64,000 nucleotides of DNA from Octopus sinensis (Eukaryota): the NCBI RefSeq assembly GCF_006345805.1, contig NC_043003.1, positions 35,278,001 through 35,342,000 of the forward strand. Direction: 5' to 3'. Each line of letters begins with the position of its first letter. Positions within the stretch are counted from its first letter, which is position 1. Position numbers and translations under genes: made by a program. The notes beneath the pieces were generated by a model that was not told the origin of the DNA, searched no databases, and worked only from the letters and a program-made list of their open reading frames with translations. This document shows positions 1 through 13,350 of the stretch, piece after piece.

Positions 1-369
1 GCCAAAGCGATGCAATGGATCCCTATATATTCAACAACAGGATACATAATGTTGTATTAGGGCCTTCAACAGTGAGGCTCCTTAGCAAATGTCTAAAATA
101 CCCATGTTTAAACGCTGTTGATTCCTAATATATAAGGAAACATACAAGAAACACGTACGTACAGGTAACACGTTTCTCGAAACCAATTCTTATGAACAGT
201 ATAACTATTTGTTCTAGCAATAATAAAAGTAACACAAGACATGGTAGTAGCATTAGTAGAAGCAGTAGCCGATGTAGTATTAGTAGTTATTTTTGCAATA
301 TTGTTGTTCACTTACTACTGATGGTGTTCGGATGTTTAAATTTACGTATGGGTCACAGTACTTGTAACA

Positions 370-407
<38 letters not shown>

Positions 408-804
408 CTGGTATGACTGCTATTAATCCATTAGGGTGTTGATTAAATACCAGTAATAAAATATAGCCCAACCAAACATTAAAACCCCTTACAATGTATC
501 ACGTAAAATATGTAAGTAAAAAGAAAAGTAAATGACTGATAATGAGGAATGTAATGAAGAAATAGATGAATATTAAGAACTAAGGGGCTATGGGATGGCA
601 GAATCAGTACAGCATCCTCCTAGGTTATTTAATTTCATGACCTTACATTCTTGGTTCGATTACCATCGGGCCTTTCATCCTTGTGGGATCGATAAAATAA
701 GTACCATTCATGTAGTGAGAAGGGGTTGCAATTGACTATGATATGATAAACCAACGCTGGAATATATGAGATTTTTTGCTTTTATTAAAAAAAAATCAAT
801 ATTA

Positions 805-916
805 AAGAAGAAGAAGAAGAAGAAGAAGAAGAAGAAGAAGAAGAAGAAGAAGAAGAAGAAGAAGAAGAAGAGAAGAAGAAGAAGAAGAAGAAGAAGAAGA
901 AGAAGAAGAAGAAGAA
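805..916. repeat. (AAG)n microsatellite
   Basis: Directly visible; one example of dozens of (TA)n, (CA)n, (ATCT)n, (TAA)n and (ATGT)n tracts in the window. Confidence 0.95.
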
Positions 917-1013
917 AAAGAGAGCAGGAAAGAGAGGAATAAGATAATGGCACTAACCTCCAACAACAACAGAAAATTACTTATAATGTAATAGTAAATT
1001 TCTTAAATTGATA

Positions 1014-1058
<45 letters not shown>

Positions 1059-1100
1059 CACATACACACACACTCATATATACGCATGCATTCACATGAA

Positions 1101-1131
<31 letters not shown>

Positions 1132-1302
1132 ATATGTATTCAATTTTGCTTTGAGTTATTATTTATTTATTCATTAAGAATTATTTGAAGATAAGAGGTA
1201 AGAGATAAACAGATAAATGATGTATAAAAATAGACAGATAATACGTGTGTGCGTGCGCGCGTATATATGTATGTATTTATGTTCATATCTATCTACCTAT
1301 CA

Positions 1303-1336
<34 letters not shown>

Positions 1337-2028
1337 TTATCTATCTATCTAGTTTAGGTAGATAGATAGAAGGGGAAAGATAAAGGTAGAGAAATATAGA
1401 ATGTTGTAGAAACATTATTCAGAAACGACAGAGAAAAAAATGAGGTAAGACATATAAGGTGGTGGGAGGGTTTATAGACAAAAAGAAAGGAGGAGAAATA
1501 GAGAGAAGTGAGTAAATAAGAGGAAGAAATAGCAAATCTACAAAGGAAAATGATAGATACCTAAAGAGAGAGAGAGCAAGAAAGAGAGGGGGAGGGGGAA
1601 GCACGAGAGTGGGAGAGAGAGAGGGATGGAAAGAGAACTAGAGATTGAATGACAGAAAGAGGGAGAGAAAGAGTGAGTGAGAGAGAAAACGAGAGAGTAA
1701 AAGTGTGAGTATGAGTAGGAGAGTAAAAAGTATGGTGGGAGGTCCCTGTGTTGAATAATTGACGGGAAGGTGAGGCGAGAATAAATAAATAATAAATAAA
1801 CAAATAAATGCATAAAATGGAAGGAAGCAGACGACAGCGAGGTTCCATGTTATTTTAGTTAGCGCAACCGTCCCAGGATGGTTGATTATCTTCTCACGTT
1901 GACCACAGTACGAAGAAAGATAGAGCAGAACACGGCTAGAAAACAGTAGGGATTGAAAGGCGGTGAATAAGGAAGGAATATTTCATCGCAAAGCGCTCGC
2001 TCACACTCTCTCACACACGCACGACGAA

Positions 2029-2106
<78 letters not shown>

Positions 2107-2249
2107 CCTATCTATCTATCTATCTTTCTATCTATCTATGTATCTTTCTATCTATCTATGTATCTTTCTATCTATCTAGCTATCTATCTTTCTATCTATG
2201 TCTGTCTTTCTGTCTATCTATATCTATATGAATATATATATAAGTGTAT

Positions 2250-2311
<62 letters not shown>

Positions 2312-2717
2312 ACGTGTGTGTGTATGTATATGTACATGTATATGTACATTAAGGTAGTGACGATGTTTTCTTAACGCTTCATTTGATGAAGGTGAAGATG
2401 ATTATAATGATGAAAATGAATAAGAGCGAAGGTGAGCTAAATAATGATGATAATAATAATAATAATAATAATCGTATAAGAAAGAGAGACGACGGTACAA
2501 AAACAGGGAAATAAACACCTAAGAAGGGGTTTCAATAACATGACTAAATATATTGAAATTTGTCCATTTTTTTTTTAGGGTGGATTTTTTTTTTCATTAT
2601 ACCTATGTGTGTTCGAATTAGATGAAAATAATGTATATATATAAAAATGAATGAATATATGAATGGATAATTGAATAAAGATTTAAGAATAATACTTCAT
2701 GATGATGGATGTGGCCG

Positions 2718-2749
<32 letters not shown>

Positions 2750-2805
2750 GTAATTATATATATGTTATATAATAACTGTGTGTGTGCCTGTATATGGTCG
2801 AATAA

Positions 2806-2888
<83 letters not shown>

Positions 2889-3169
2889 ATACATATATAC
2901 ATGTATATATACTGTATGTGTATGTGTGTGCGCGTAGAATATAAACAAGACGCCCGTAACAATATCAACATTACACGTTTATATTTGATGAAAATGTTAA
3001 TGCAGTAAAAGAACTGTAATTATTGTTACTCTTATAAATATATAGAGAAAATAATTTTCTTTCATCTATAGACAAGAATATATATACATTAAAACGTCGT
3101 AAATATATAGACATAAATATGTGTGTGTGTGTATATGGTTATATGTATATATATATATATATATAATAT

Positions 3170-3214
<45 letters not shown>

Positions 3215-3448
3215 CATACATATATATATATATATATGTATCTGTAATAATATATGTGTGTGTGTGTGTATGCATGTACATATGTATGTACACATGCTTA
3301 AATATATATATGTGTATATATAAACATATTCTTTTACACACGCATATACACTCAGATACTCAGGTATATATATGAATATATATATATATATATGTGTGTG
3401 TATGTGTATATGTGTGTATATATATGTATATATATATATGCACACACA

Positions 3449-3514
<66 letters not shown>

Positions 3515-3697
3515 CTATATGAACATGCTTAATATATGCGTGCATGTGTGGGTATGTGTGAAAAATATACACAAAATACACAAAAAAATACCCCAAGAAA
3601 ATCACAACCAACTAAATATATCAAAGACAAAATCAATTCAAAAATAAAATTAAAATTAAAATACCAAAAACACGAAGAGAAATGGAGAAGAACTTAC

Positions 3698-3931
3698 CGA
3701 AATTCTAGTTGGTACCATCAATAGCTTAGAATCACTTTCGCTGTTGTTAAAATGTCCTAGGCGGAATCCTTTCGCTTTCACCCATATCCGAAATTTGGAA
3801 TTTTCCGTGGTGGCTACCTCCTCTCCATTTAGTATACGTACGATCCGATTGTATTTTCTCCGTGTGACCGTCTTGGTTTTGCCCGAATCTCCATAGTTTT
3901 GAAGGGCCCAAGACTGGAATGTATCATACAT
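3698..3931 (-). CDS. NOL4: First coding exon of a nucleolar protein 4 (NOL4/NOL4L) family gene; remaining exons not found in the window (probably left of position 1)
   Basis: Translation MYDTFQSWALQNYGDSGKTKTVTRRKYNRIVRILNGEEVATTENSKFRIWVKAKGF closely matches the NOL4 N-terminus as I recall it (MYRQFQDWCLRTYGDSGKTKTVTRKKYERIVQLLNG...NAKFKFWVKSKGF). Phase-0 donor TCG|GTAAGT at 3698/3697. An in-frame TAG at 4189-4187 with no intervening ATG supports 3931 as the start unless the exon is spliced upstream. Confidence 0.9.
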
Positions 3932-3989
3932 TTCGCGTGTAAAACTAACCGAACCAGCACCGACTCCAGCGAGGCCAACGGCTGCACCG

Positions 3990-4818
3990 ACCGTCGGCGT
4001 CGTCGTCGTGGTATGAACGTTGGAACGAATATTGGAATTGTTGTTGTCGTCGTCGTCGTCGTCGTGGTAGTCGTTGTCGTTTTCGTCGTCGTTGTTGTCG
4101 TCGTTGTTGTCGTCGTTGTTATTATCGTCTTTATCGTTATCCGTTTCGTCGTTATTGTTATCGTCGTCGTCGTCGTCGTTATCCAGCTAGCCGTTGTTGT
4201 TGTTGTTGTTCTTATTGTTGATGTTTTTACCGTTGTTTTTATTGTTGTTGTTCCTAGTGCTGCTGTCGTTGTCGTGTAAGTCGTCGTCTGCTCGGCCGTC
4301 TGCTTGGTCGTCTGCTCCGTTGAATTCGTCGTGGTCGTGGTCGTGGTGGTGGTGGTGTTCGTCACCGCCGCCGTCGCCGTCGCCGCCAGCTCCACCGCCG
4401 CCGCTGCACTTGCAGCTTTCTCCACCGCCGCCGTGATGGTGGGGGTGGGAGTGGCGATTAGTCGTGGTGGTCAACGTCACCGTCACCGTCGTCGTCGTCC
4501 TCGTCGTCGTTGTTGTTGTTGCATTTGTTATCGTAGTTTTTTTTAAATAATATTTATTTATATTTTTATTATATTATTACTATTTTAATAATAATTCTTC
4601 CTGTTCTGGTCGTCGTGGTCGTCGTGGTCGTCGTCGTAGCCGTCACCGGCAACACTGACTGGCTTTTACCTTTACTGTTACCCCTCCTCCACTGGTTACT
4701 TTATAGGACTGGTCGTATTGCTTATCAATGATGATGATAATGATGTTCTTGTAGTTGGTGGTGGTAGTAGTAGTAGTAGTAATAGTATTATTACTATTAT
4801 TATTATTATTATTATTAT

Positions 4819-4871
<53 letters not shown>

Positions 4872-5002
4872 ATAATAGTGGGAGTGGGGAGATGTTAGTA
4901 GTCGTCGTCGTAGTCGTTGCAGTCAGTGGTCGTTTGAGAAGAGCCACCGCCGCCGTCACCGTTTACCAACACATCCACCACTGCTACTTCTACCACTGTT
5001 GT

Positions 5003-5079
<77 letters not shown>

Positions 5080-5179
5080 TTGGTGCTGCTGCTGCGGGTG
5101 CTATTACTACTGCTGCCAATGCTGCTGCCGCTGCTGCTGGTGTTGTTGTTACTGCTGCTGCTGGTGCTGCGGGTGCTAT

Positions 5180-5212
<33 letters not shown>

Positions 5213-5474
5213 ACGGTTGCTACTGCTGTTGATGTTGATTTTGCTGTTGCTACTGCTAATGATGATGTTGTTGTTGTTAGGGCTTCTACTGCTGCTGTAG
5301 ATGCCACCGCTGCAGACTGCAGTCTCACACTCGCTGTCCTCGTAGCCGACGTCGTCCTCTTCGTTCGTTGTCGTTGTGGTCGTCGTCGTCGTCGTAATCG
5401 TACTTGTCGTTAACGTTTGCCGGTTGCTGGCTGTCCTTACTCCTTCGGATGATGATGACGACGACGATGATGAC

Positions 5475-5523
<49 letters not shown>

Positions 5524-5806
5524 GTGATGGTGATGATGATGATGATGGTGATGGTGATGCTGCTGCTGCTGCTGATGATGATGATGATGGTGATGTAGAG
5601 GATGTGATGGTGGTGGTGGTGGTGGTGGTGGTGGTGGTGGTGGTGGTGGTGATGATGATGGTGTTGAAGATGAGGATGATGGAGATGGTGGTGACGGTGG
5701 TGCTGAATGATGGAGATGGTAGTGACGATGGTGGTGGTGGTGGTGATACAGGAGATAGTGGTGGTGGTGGTGGTGATACAGGAGATAGTGGTGGTGGTGG
5801 TGGTGG

Positions 5807-5862
<56 letters not shown>

Positions 5863-7346
5863 AATTCTCTATTATTTATTTTGGGCTACTGCTGTCCTGG
5901 TGATTATGGTGGTGGTGGTGGTATTAATGATGGTGGGGGGGTGTTGGTATTTTTATTATATTTATTTTTCTGTTTAGTGCTTAGTGGGTGGGATATAGTT
6001 GGGGGTTTGTTTAACGCTGGTGTAACCCCTGGATATTGCTGATGGTGGTGGTAATGGTGGTAATGGTGGTGGTGGTCGTCGTGGTGATGGTGATGGTGAG
6101 GGTAACGGTGTTAGTAGATTAGAGGTTGTTGACTCGGTTTTGGTGCCTTACACTTGTTATTGTTATAAGGCAAGTACCAGTTTTGGTGGTGGTGGTGGTG
6201 GTGGCAGTGGTGATGGTGGTGGCGGTGGTGGTTGTGTCGGTGTCCTGGTGGTAGTGTTCGTTTGTGGCGGTAGTGGTGTGTTCTGGTGATGCAAGTGTTG
6301 CAAGTGGTGACGTTGGTTTCTATTAGATGCGAGGAGTCGTTGTTGAGGTGTGTTTGATATATAAATGACGATAAAATTGAAGGCGGTGGTGGCGGTGGTG
6401 GAATTCTTTCAATTAATGTATTAGCCGTGTGGCTAATACGGATAGGTGATGTTTAGTGTGTGTTGTGAAGGCAATGTTGGATCTCTTGAGAGGTGGCTTT
6501 TGAGATGGTAGTGGCGGTGAGAGTTTGATTAAGGGTGGATTGATCGCGGTGCTTTTTTACGCGTTGTTCGTGATAGTTATGTCGGTGATGGAACAGGCGA
6601 CAGTGTGCTCTCGGATTTTTGATGATAGGCTCTATAGAGTTAGCGGGTGGTAAGGCTAATGGTCCTGATGCGATTGGTAGTGATATTCAATTTTGAGGCA
6701 GGGGTGCTTTTGATAGTCGCTGGGTTCTTTATGATGTTGCTCATGCTGATGCCGATGTGGGCCACAGCAGTGTTGGAGGATGGCGGTGGTTTTGGTGGTG
6801 GTGGTGGTGGTGATATGGTGATGGTGGTGGTGGTGATGGTGGTGGTGGTGGTGGTGGTGATGGTGGTGGTGGTGGTGGTGGTGGTGGTGATGAAGTGACT
6901 GGCGTCAGTGATGTTGAGAATGTTTTGTAAGCGGTGGCGATGGTATAGCGCTAGCGATGATCTAAGCGATGGGATGTTGGTGGTGGCTTTAGAGGGTGTT
7001 GGACGATGGAGGAAGAGATGGCGGTGGTTGTGATGGTTAATGATGATGTTTGTGGGATGGCGGTTTTAGTTTTGGTTTTCGTTTTGGTGGTGGTGGTGGT
7101 GGTGGTGGTGGTGCCGGTAGTGCTGGTGATGGTAATTGGTGACGTTGGCGGTAGTGTTGGCCTGTGATGTTGGGCGGGATGCTGATGGTTCTTTCAGTGG
7201 TGTTTTGGTACCGCTATCATTATTGCTACTATTATATATACTACAGTAAGTAATGTTGCTGTGCTGTGTCGTTGTTTTTTATTCTTCTTAGTCTTGGCAC
7301 CACTACTACTACCACCACCACTACTACTACCACTACTACAACTACT

Positions 7347-7378
<32 letters not shown>

Positions 7379-7447
7379 CACTACTACTACCACTACTACT
7401 ACCACTACTACTACCACTACTACTACCACCACCACCACCACCACTAT

Positions 7448-7480
<33 letters not shown>

Positions 7481-7574
7481 TACTACTACCACCACCACCA
7501 CTAACACCACCAACACTACTACTACTAATACTACCACCACCACCACCACCACCACCACCACCACCACCACCACC

Positions 7575-7605
<31 letters not shown>

Positions 7606-7860
7606 TTACTACTACTACTACTACTGTTGTTGTTGCTGCTGCTGCTGCTACTGCTACTGCTGCTGCATTTTGCAGCTGTCGTTGATATTATTGCTGCTTC
7701 TGTTGCTGCTGTTACCTTAGTTGCTGTTGCTTCTGTCTTCTGTTTCTCTCATTCGTTGCTGCTGTTCTTGCTGCTGCTGTCGCTGCTGCTGCTGCTGTCA
7801 CCTGTGTTGTCACCTTTGTCAGTGCTGTTGCTTCTATTACTGCTGTGGGTGTAGCGTCGC
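3990..7860. repeat. ~3.9-kb mosaic of trinucleotide repeats (GTC, GTT, TAG, CTA, CTG, GAT, GGT, CCA) upstream of the NOL4 exon
   Basis: Directly visible; source of the poly-V/L/D/T/P ORFs. Confidence 0.9.
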
Positions 7861-7904
7861 ATCTATTTTTCTTATAAACACAACAGTTAGACTCTTTTTT
7901 AGTC

Positions 7905-8492
7905 TTTTACTTGTTTCAGTCATTTCACTGCGGCCATGCTGGAGCACCACCGCCTTCTAGTCGAGTAAATCGAGACCCCAGGACTTATTCTTTTGCAAGC
8001 CTAGTACTTATTCTATCAGTCTCTTTTGCTGAACCGCTAAGTTACGGGGACGTAAGCACACCACCATCGGTTGTCAAGCAATGCTAGGGGGACAAACACA
8101 GACACACAAACACACACACGCATATATATATATATATATATATATGTACGACGGGCTTCTTCCAGTTTCCGTCTACCGAATCCACTCACAAGGCTTTGGT
8201 CGGCCCGAGGCTATAGTAGAAGACACTTTTCCAAGGTGCCACGCAGTGGGAATGAACCCGGAACCATGTGGTTGGTAAGCAAGCTACTTTATTTCAATAA
8301 TTTGCCACTAGGGCAGCACACAGAGTAGCTACGGGCTGGACAAAGACATTAATGGATGATGGTGGTGGTGGATGAAGATGGTGATGGGAGAAGTCAGAAA
8401 GCGCCCGCCGACTTTTGCTTCGTAAGCAAGCTTACTTGGTAAGCAAGCTACTTACCACACAACCACTTGGTAAGCAAGCTACTTACCACACA
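7905..8492 (-). mobile_element. tRNA-headed SINE family B with internal microsatellite and duplicated head fragments
   Basis: Minus-strand head with Pol III A/B-box-like TGGTAAGTAGC / GGGTTCATTCCC; opposite-orientation copy at 54640-55115; tail fragments near 28855-28905 and 31655-31770. Confidence 0.8.
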
Positions 8493-9129
8493 ACCGCTCC
8501 TGCGCCTGTTTTTTTAAATTTTGTAATTATATTTTAAATAATATTAAAATGCCACTGTCGTTTTATTGGTATCTTACTTATTGTCTGTTTATATCATTTC
8601 CTCACTGTTGCTATTGGTGATGTTGTTGCTACTTCTCTTGCTGCTCTCTCTCTCTCTCTCTCTCTCTCTTGCTGCTACTGGTGACGATGATACGAGTTTG
8701 CCTTAGTTTTGTCCTTCCTTGGTTTCGTATGCTATCAAAATATTGCAAAGTTATTCGTCACACTGGATGTTTCTCCTCTAGTAAGACCACTATCAACAAA
8801 AACATAATCACTACAATCATCACAACTAAGGTTATTACTATTGGGAATACATCTACTACTGCTGCTGCTGCTACTAATAATAACAATCCTTTCTAAATTT
8901 GGTAAAAGTTCAGTAATTTTGAGAGGGACAGGGCAAGTCGATTACACGGACACCAGAAATCGACCGGTACTTTATTTTGTCGACCTACAAATGATGAAAG
9001 GCACAGTAATCTTTGTTAATATTTGAAATAAGAACGTGAAGAAGCGCGGGAAATGCCGCAGAGAATTTTAACAACCATAGTAACGATTGTCTGCTCACCA
9101 CCTTTAATATCCATAATATTCATAATCCT

Positions 9130-9438
<309 letters not shown>

Positions 9439-9446
9439 TAATAATA

Positions 9447-9640
9447 ATCTCAAATTTTAAAACAAACACAATTTTCTTTTGGTTTCTTAAACATTCTCTA
9501 GAACAACACTATGTACAAAACCAAATATATGGTACCCGAAGCATAACACCAACATGAACTTCTAATTTGTTGTTTCTTGAGGTCCCTGGGTGAGACTTGG
9601 AGCCAACTTGTACAAATGCAAAGAAAAATTCAAACATAAA
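9447..9640 (+). mobile_element. Probable 3' UTR fragment of a (TAA)n-tailed LINE (R4/Dong-like)
   Basis: Unique segment (...GAGGTCCCTGGGTGAGACTTGGAGCC...) running directly into (TAA)n and flanked by (TAA)n on both sides; family assignment is inference. Confidence 0.4.
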
Positions 9641-9651
9641 ATAATAATAAC

Positions 9652-9713
<62 letters not shown>

Positions 9714-9747
9714 TAATAATAATGATGATGATAATGATGATAATGAC

Positions 9748-9792
<45 letters not shown>

Positions 9793-9796
9793 AGTA

Positions 9797-10092
9797 ACAG
9801 GCAATGGTTGTCGTGGCTTCTGATCTTAACTGATTGGAAGTGTTATCATGTCAGTTGCTTTACCTTAACCAGTTGAGAATGATCCTTAGTGGCTGACGGT
9901 AAGTGCATCTCTGATCACGCGTAGAAGTACTGAGGGAGCATCATACTCATGTGCTGAGAGGAATTCTTCCGGGTTTGGATAATTCACCTTTAGAAACATG
10001 GGTGTGTTGTTCAACATCCTTAAACAACCCTTATTCAGGGACCATTTGAGCGTGATGGGCTACTCAACCTGGAGAAAATTCTGACTTGGCCC
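9797..10092 (+). mobile_element. Partial, internally deleted copy of the 51475-52008 element
   Basis: Reverse-complement similarity to about 51650-51995; preceded by (TAA)n(TGA)n. Confidence 0.7.
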
Positions 10093-10149
10093 CATAGACA
10101 ACAGAGGATATCATAAAAAACTGCAGCCATTCCATTAGAAGAGGAACCT

Positions 10150-11210
10150 TCTAAGGTGACTCCCTCTCTACACTCCTTTTCTGTCTGGCACTTATGCCTT
10201 TAATCGACATGCTAAACGGAACTGGCTGTGGATACAAATGATATGGCAAATCAGTCAGCCGTCTCTTGTACATGTTTGATCTAAAACTGGATGTGGCAAA
10301 TGATAAACAACTGGAAACGTTACTACAGGCAGTACATGGATTTACCAAAGAAATAAATATCAAATTCGGTTTAGATTAATGTGCAAAAGCATATTTGAAA
10401 TGTGTAGTAAGAATATCACACTTGATAAAGAAAATGAAATAAGAGAATTGGATCAAAACAAGACATAGAAATACTAAGGAATCGATGAACTAAATGCAGT
10501 GCAATACATACAAATGAAAGAGAAGACAAGGAAGAAATACTATTGACGAGTTAAAGGAATAATTAGAAGAGAACTCAATGCGAAAAGTAAGATAATAGAT
10601 ATCAGTACTCTAGCTGTCCCAGTTATAAGTTACAGTTACAATGTTTTTAATTGAACACTAAATGAACCAACCAAACTAGACAGGAAAACATGAAATAAAT
10701 GACAGAATTTAGGATACACCAACCAAAATCTGACATAGAAATGTTATATATATAACAGATTGAAGTTCGCCTTGTACACTTAGAAAACTACTATAAATAG
10801 GATTACTGCAATACTTGACTGAGAACCGTGGAAAACTGTTACAAGTAGCCACAAAAAGCATGGGAAATGTAACAAAAAAACTGTTTTCCGTCTTCAAGTA
10901 AACCGAAAAATACATGAAAAGGTCAAAATACTTGACAACGATGAAGGAAAAAATCAAACAAATAACAAATGCTGTAAAGCAATTACAATCTAAGCTAAAA
11001 CTGGAACTACAAAACACCTTGATAAAATGATGGCAAGAAAAGACCATGTATGGCAAATACTAGGATAAGTTAAACAGTAAAGAAATAGACAAAATGAAAT
11101 CACAACACTGGTAGAGACGCTCAGGACACACAGCAAAGAATGGAGTATTTTTAACTGCGGTTCAAGTTTAAACCTACAGCGTGTGTTTAGCATTTGAACA
11201 TCTGATGATG
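10150..11210 (+). mobile_element. Decayed R4/Dong-like non-LTR retrotransposon RT fragment
   Basis: Hand translation gives GDSLSTLLFCLALMP, LLYMFDLKL (YMDDLKL-like), KQLETxLQAVHGFTKEINIKFGLD*CAK, YKYLGIDE-like and ELNAKSKIIDISTLAVPVISYS segments, with stops and frameshifts. Confidence 0.75.
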
Positions 11211-11599
11211 TTCACCTTGTCCAGAATGTGCTACAGCTGCTTTCTTCCACGGACATATAGACAAGGAGAAGGACAAAGAAGGAAATGAATTGACTACAGT
11301 CCAAATATATTACTCTATTTATCGACACTAAAATGATGAAACGCAAAGGCAATATCTGCTGGATTTGAACACAGATCGCAAAAACTCGGTGAACAAACAT
11401 CGCATTATATCAAAAAATAAACTAAAGTTTCTATCAATTCGTGTAACACACACGGCTAAGCACACTCACACACGTACACAGGCGCACAAAATATATTCAC
11501 ATTCACGTGTATATAATTACCAGTAATACTTTGGGGAAATAATTCGACTATGCCCTTCCTTTTTATAAATTACCTGGTTTATAGAACTAATCTATATTC

Positions 11600-13350
11600 T
11601 TGGGCTGAAAAGTTTATTGATTGACATGAAAAAATCATGCCTGAGCTGTAAACTCTTGCATTCATTATTTTAAATTTATCTTATTAATAACTGCATTGTT
11701 TCTTTCCAGGTAAACTGATATCTGACTGTTGATGTAACTAGTAGCGACTTTTCTTGAAAATGGACAATATTTGGCATCACGATGGTGGCGAGCTGGCAGA
11801 ATCGTTAGCACGCCGGTGGAAATGCTTAGCAGTATTTCGGCTCCCGTTAGGTTCTGAGTTCAAATTCCGCCGGGTTTGACATTTCTAGTTTCCTTTTCGG
11901 GGTCGATGACATAGGTACAATTGGAGCCTTGAGGTTGATATAATTCAAATTCCGCCGAGGTTGAATTTGCCTTTCATCCTTTCGGGGTCGATAAATTAAG
12001 TACCAGTTACGCACTGGGATCGATATAATCGACTTAATCCGTTTGTCTGTCCTTGTTTGTCCCCTCTGTGTATAGTCCCTTGTGGGTAGTAAAGAATTAG
12101 GTATTTCGTCTGTCTGTATTCACGTTCTGAGTTCAAATCCAACCGTGGGCGACTTTGCCTTTCATGCTTTCGGGGTCGATATACTAAGCACCAATTGCGT
12201 ACTACTGTCGATCTAATCGACTGGCACCCTTTCCCCACAAATTTCGGGCCTTGTGTCTAGAGTAGAAAAGAATATTTGGCATTCCGGTCTTATCAAGTAC
12301 CTGCAGAAAAAGCGTTTATCCCCCAACGACATTTATGCTAATAATTTTGCTACATTAGAGGACGAGCGCCAGCTTTTTAATCAGTACAAAAGCGGGCAGT
12401 TGAATATAGAAGTGGTAGGGATGTCTTGAAGATGACTCAAGGTTCGGACGTCCTGCAACTGCTACAACCGACCGAAACATTTGCCGTGTTGCCCACGTGT
12501 GATAGATGTCAAGTGATTGACTATAATTCAAATAGCCAAAGCTATTAGCATATCATGTGAGAGAGTTGAAAATATTCTGCACAATGAACTTGTCATGAAA
12601 AATGTTTCTGTCCCGTGGCTGCCTTTTCGTCTGATATCTGATGAAAACCGCACCAGGCTGATTACATCACGGGAAAATCTCTCATTGTTGGAGGCAGGAA
12701 CAGTTAGTTTTTTTTCAACGCTTTCTAACCAAGAATGTGTGTTGGTGATATCACTCTGAGCCAGAGACAAAGAAACAATCTAAGCCGTGGCAACACCTCT
12801 CGTCACCTGCTCCGAAGAAAGCCAAAGTCATTTCATTTGTAGGAAAGGTGATGGCGTCAGTTTTTTGGGATGCAAGAGGCATTATGTATATTATCTTCAA
12901 AAAGAGCCACATTGATGGCGAGTACTATGCCAATTTGCTGAAGCAGTCACGAAAGGCTACCAATACCAAAGGCCCAAGAAAGCTGAAAAAAGTTAATCTT
13001 CTTTTATTAGGAGAATGCTTCAGCGCACAAGTCCTTGCTTTCAATGGTTTCTATGCGTCACTGTTACTTTGAACTGGTTGATCACACTCTCTTTTCTCCT
13101 GATTTGGCTCCATCTGACTATCATCTTCCTCAACATGAAAAAAATACGACTAGGAAGCAGTATCACTGTGATGATGACGACATATCTGTTGCTGACTTTT
13201 TTGATCCACAGAATCAAAGTTTTTCACCAATAAGATCCAAACCCCAATGGAAGAAGAGTGTGGACTGCAAAGTGGACTAAGTTGAAAACTAAACCCCATT
13301 TGATCACATTCCATGAGATTATCTTGGTCAGCCTAGCCTCGAACTTTATA
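11600..13350 (+). mobile_element. Decayed mariner (DD34D-type) transposon interrupted by a SINE
   Basis: Fragments GRPATATTD, ISISCERVENILHNEL, GKVMASVFWDARG, IDGEYYANLLKQ, FELVDHTLFSPDLAPSDYHL; TIR-like ends GGGCTGAAAAGTTTAT and GTCAGCCTA...GAACTTT. Confidence 0.85.
11778..12270 (+). mobile_element. SINE family A (multimeric), inserted in mariner
   Basis: GAGCTGGCAGAATCGTTAGCACGCC...GTTCTGAGTTCAAATTCCGCCGAGG...GCCTTTCATCCTTTCGGGGTCGATAAATTAAGTACCAG; flanked by AATATTTGGCAT duplication. Confidence 0.85.

Noticed and set aside
3931-4486. Stop-codon read-through or A-to-I (UAG to UIG) recoding extending NOL4 by the in-frame 4187-4486 ORF
   Set aside because: That ORF begins at GTG, and I found no in-frame ATG up to the next stop (about 4576), so nothing supports translation of the extension.
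5900-7200. Coding-looking mixed-triplet sequence on the minus strand
   Set aside because: All three minus frames that I translated by hand (about 6580-6790) contain stops; no splice or homology support.
8240-8490. tRNA-like sequence
   Set aside because: It is the tRNA-derived head of SINE family B and continues into the SINE body; no full cloverleaf.
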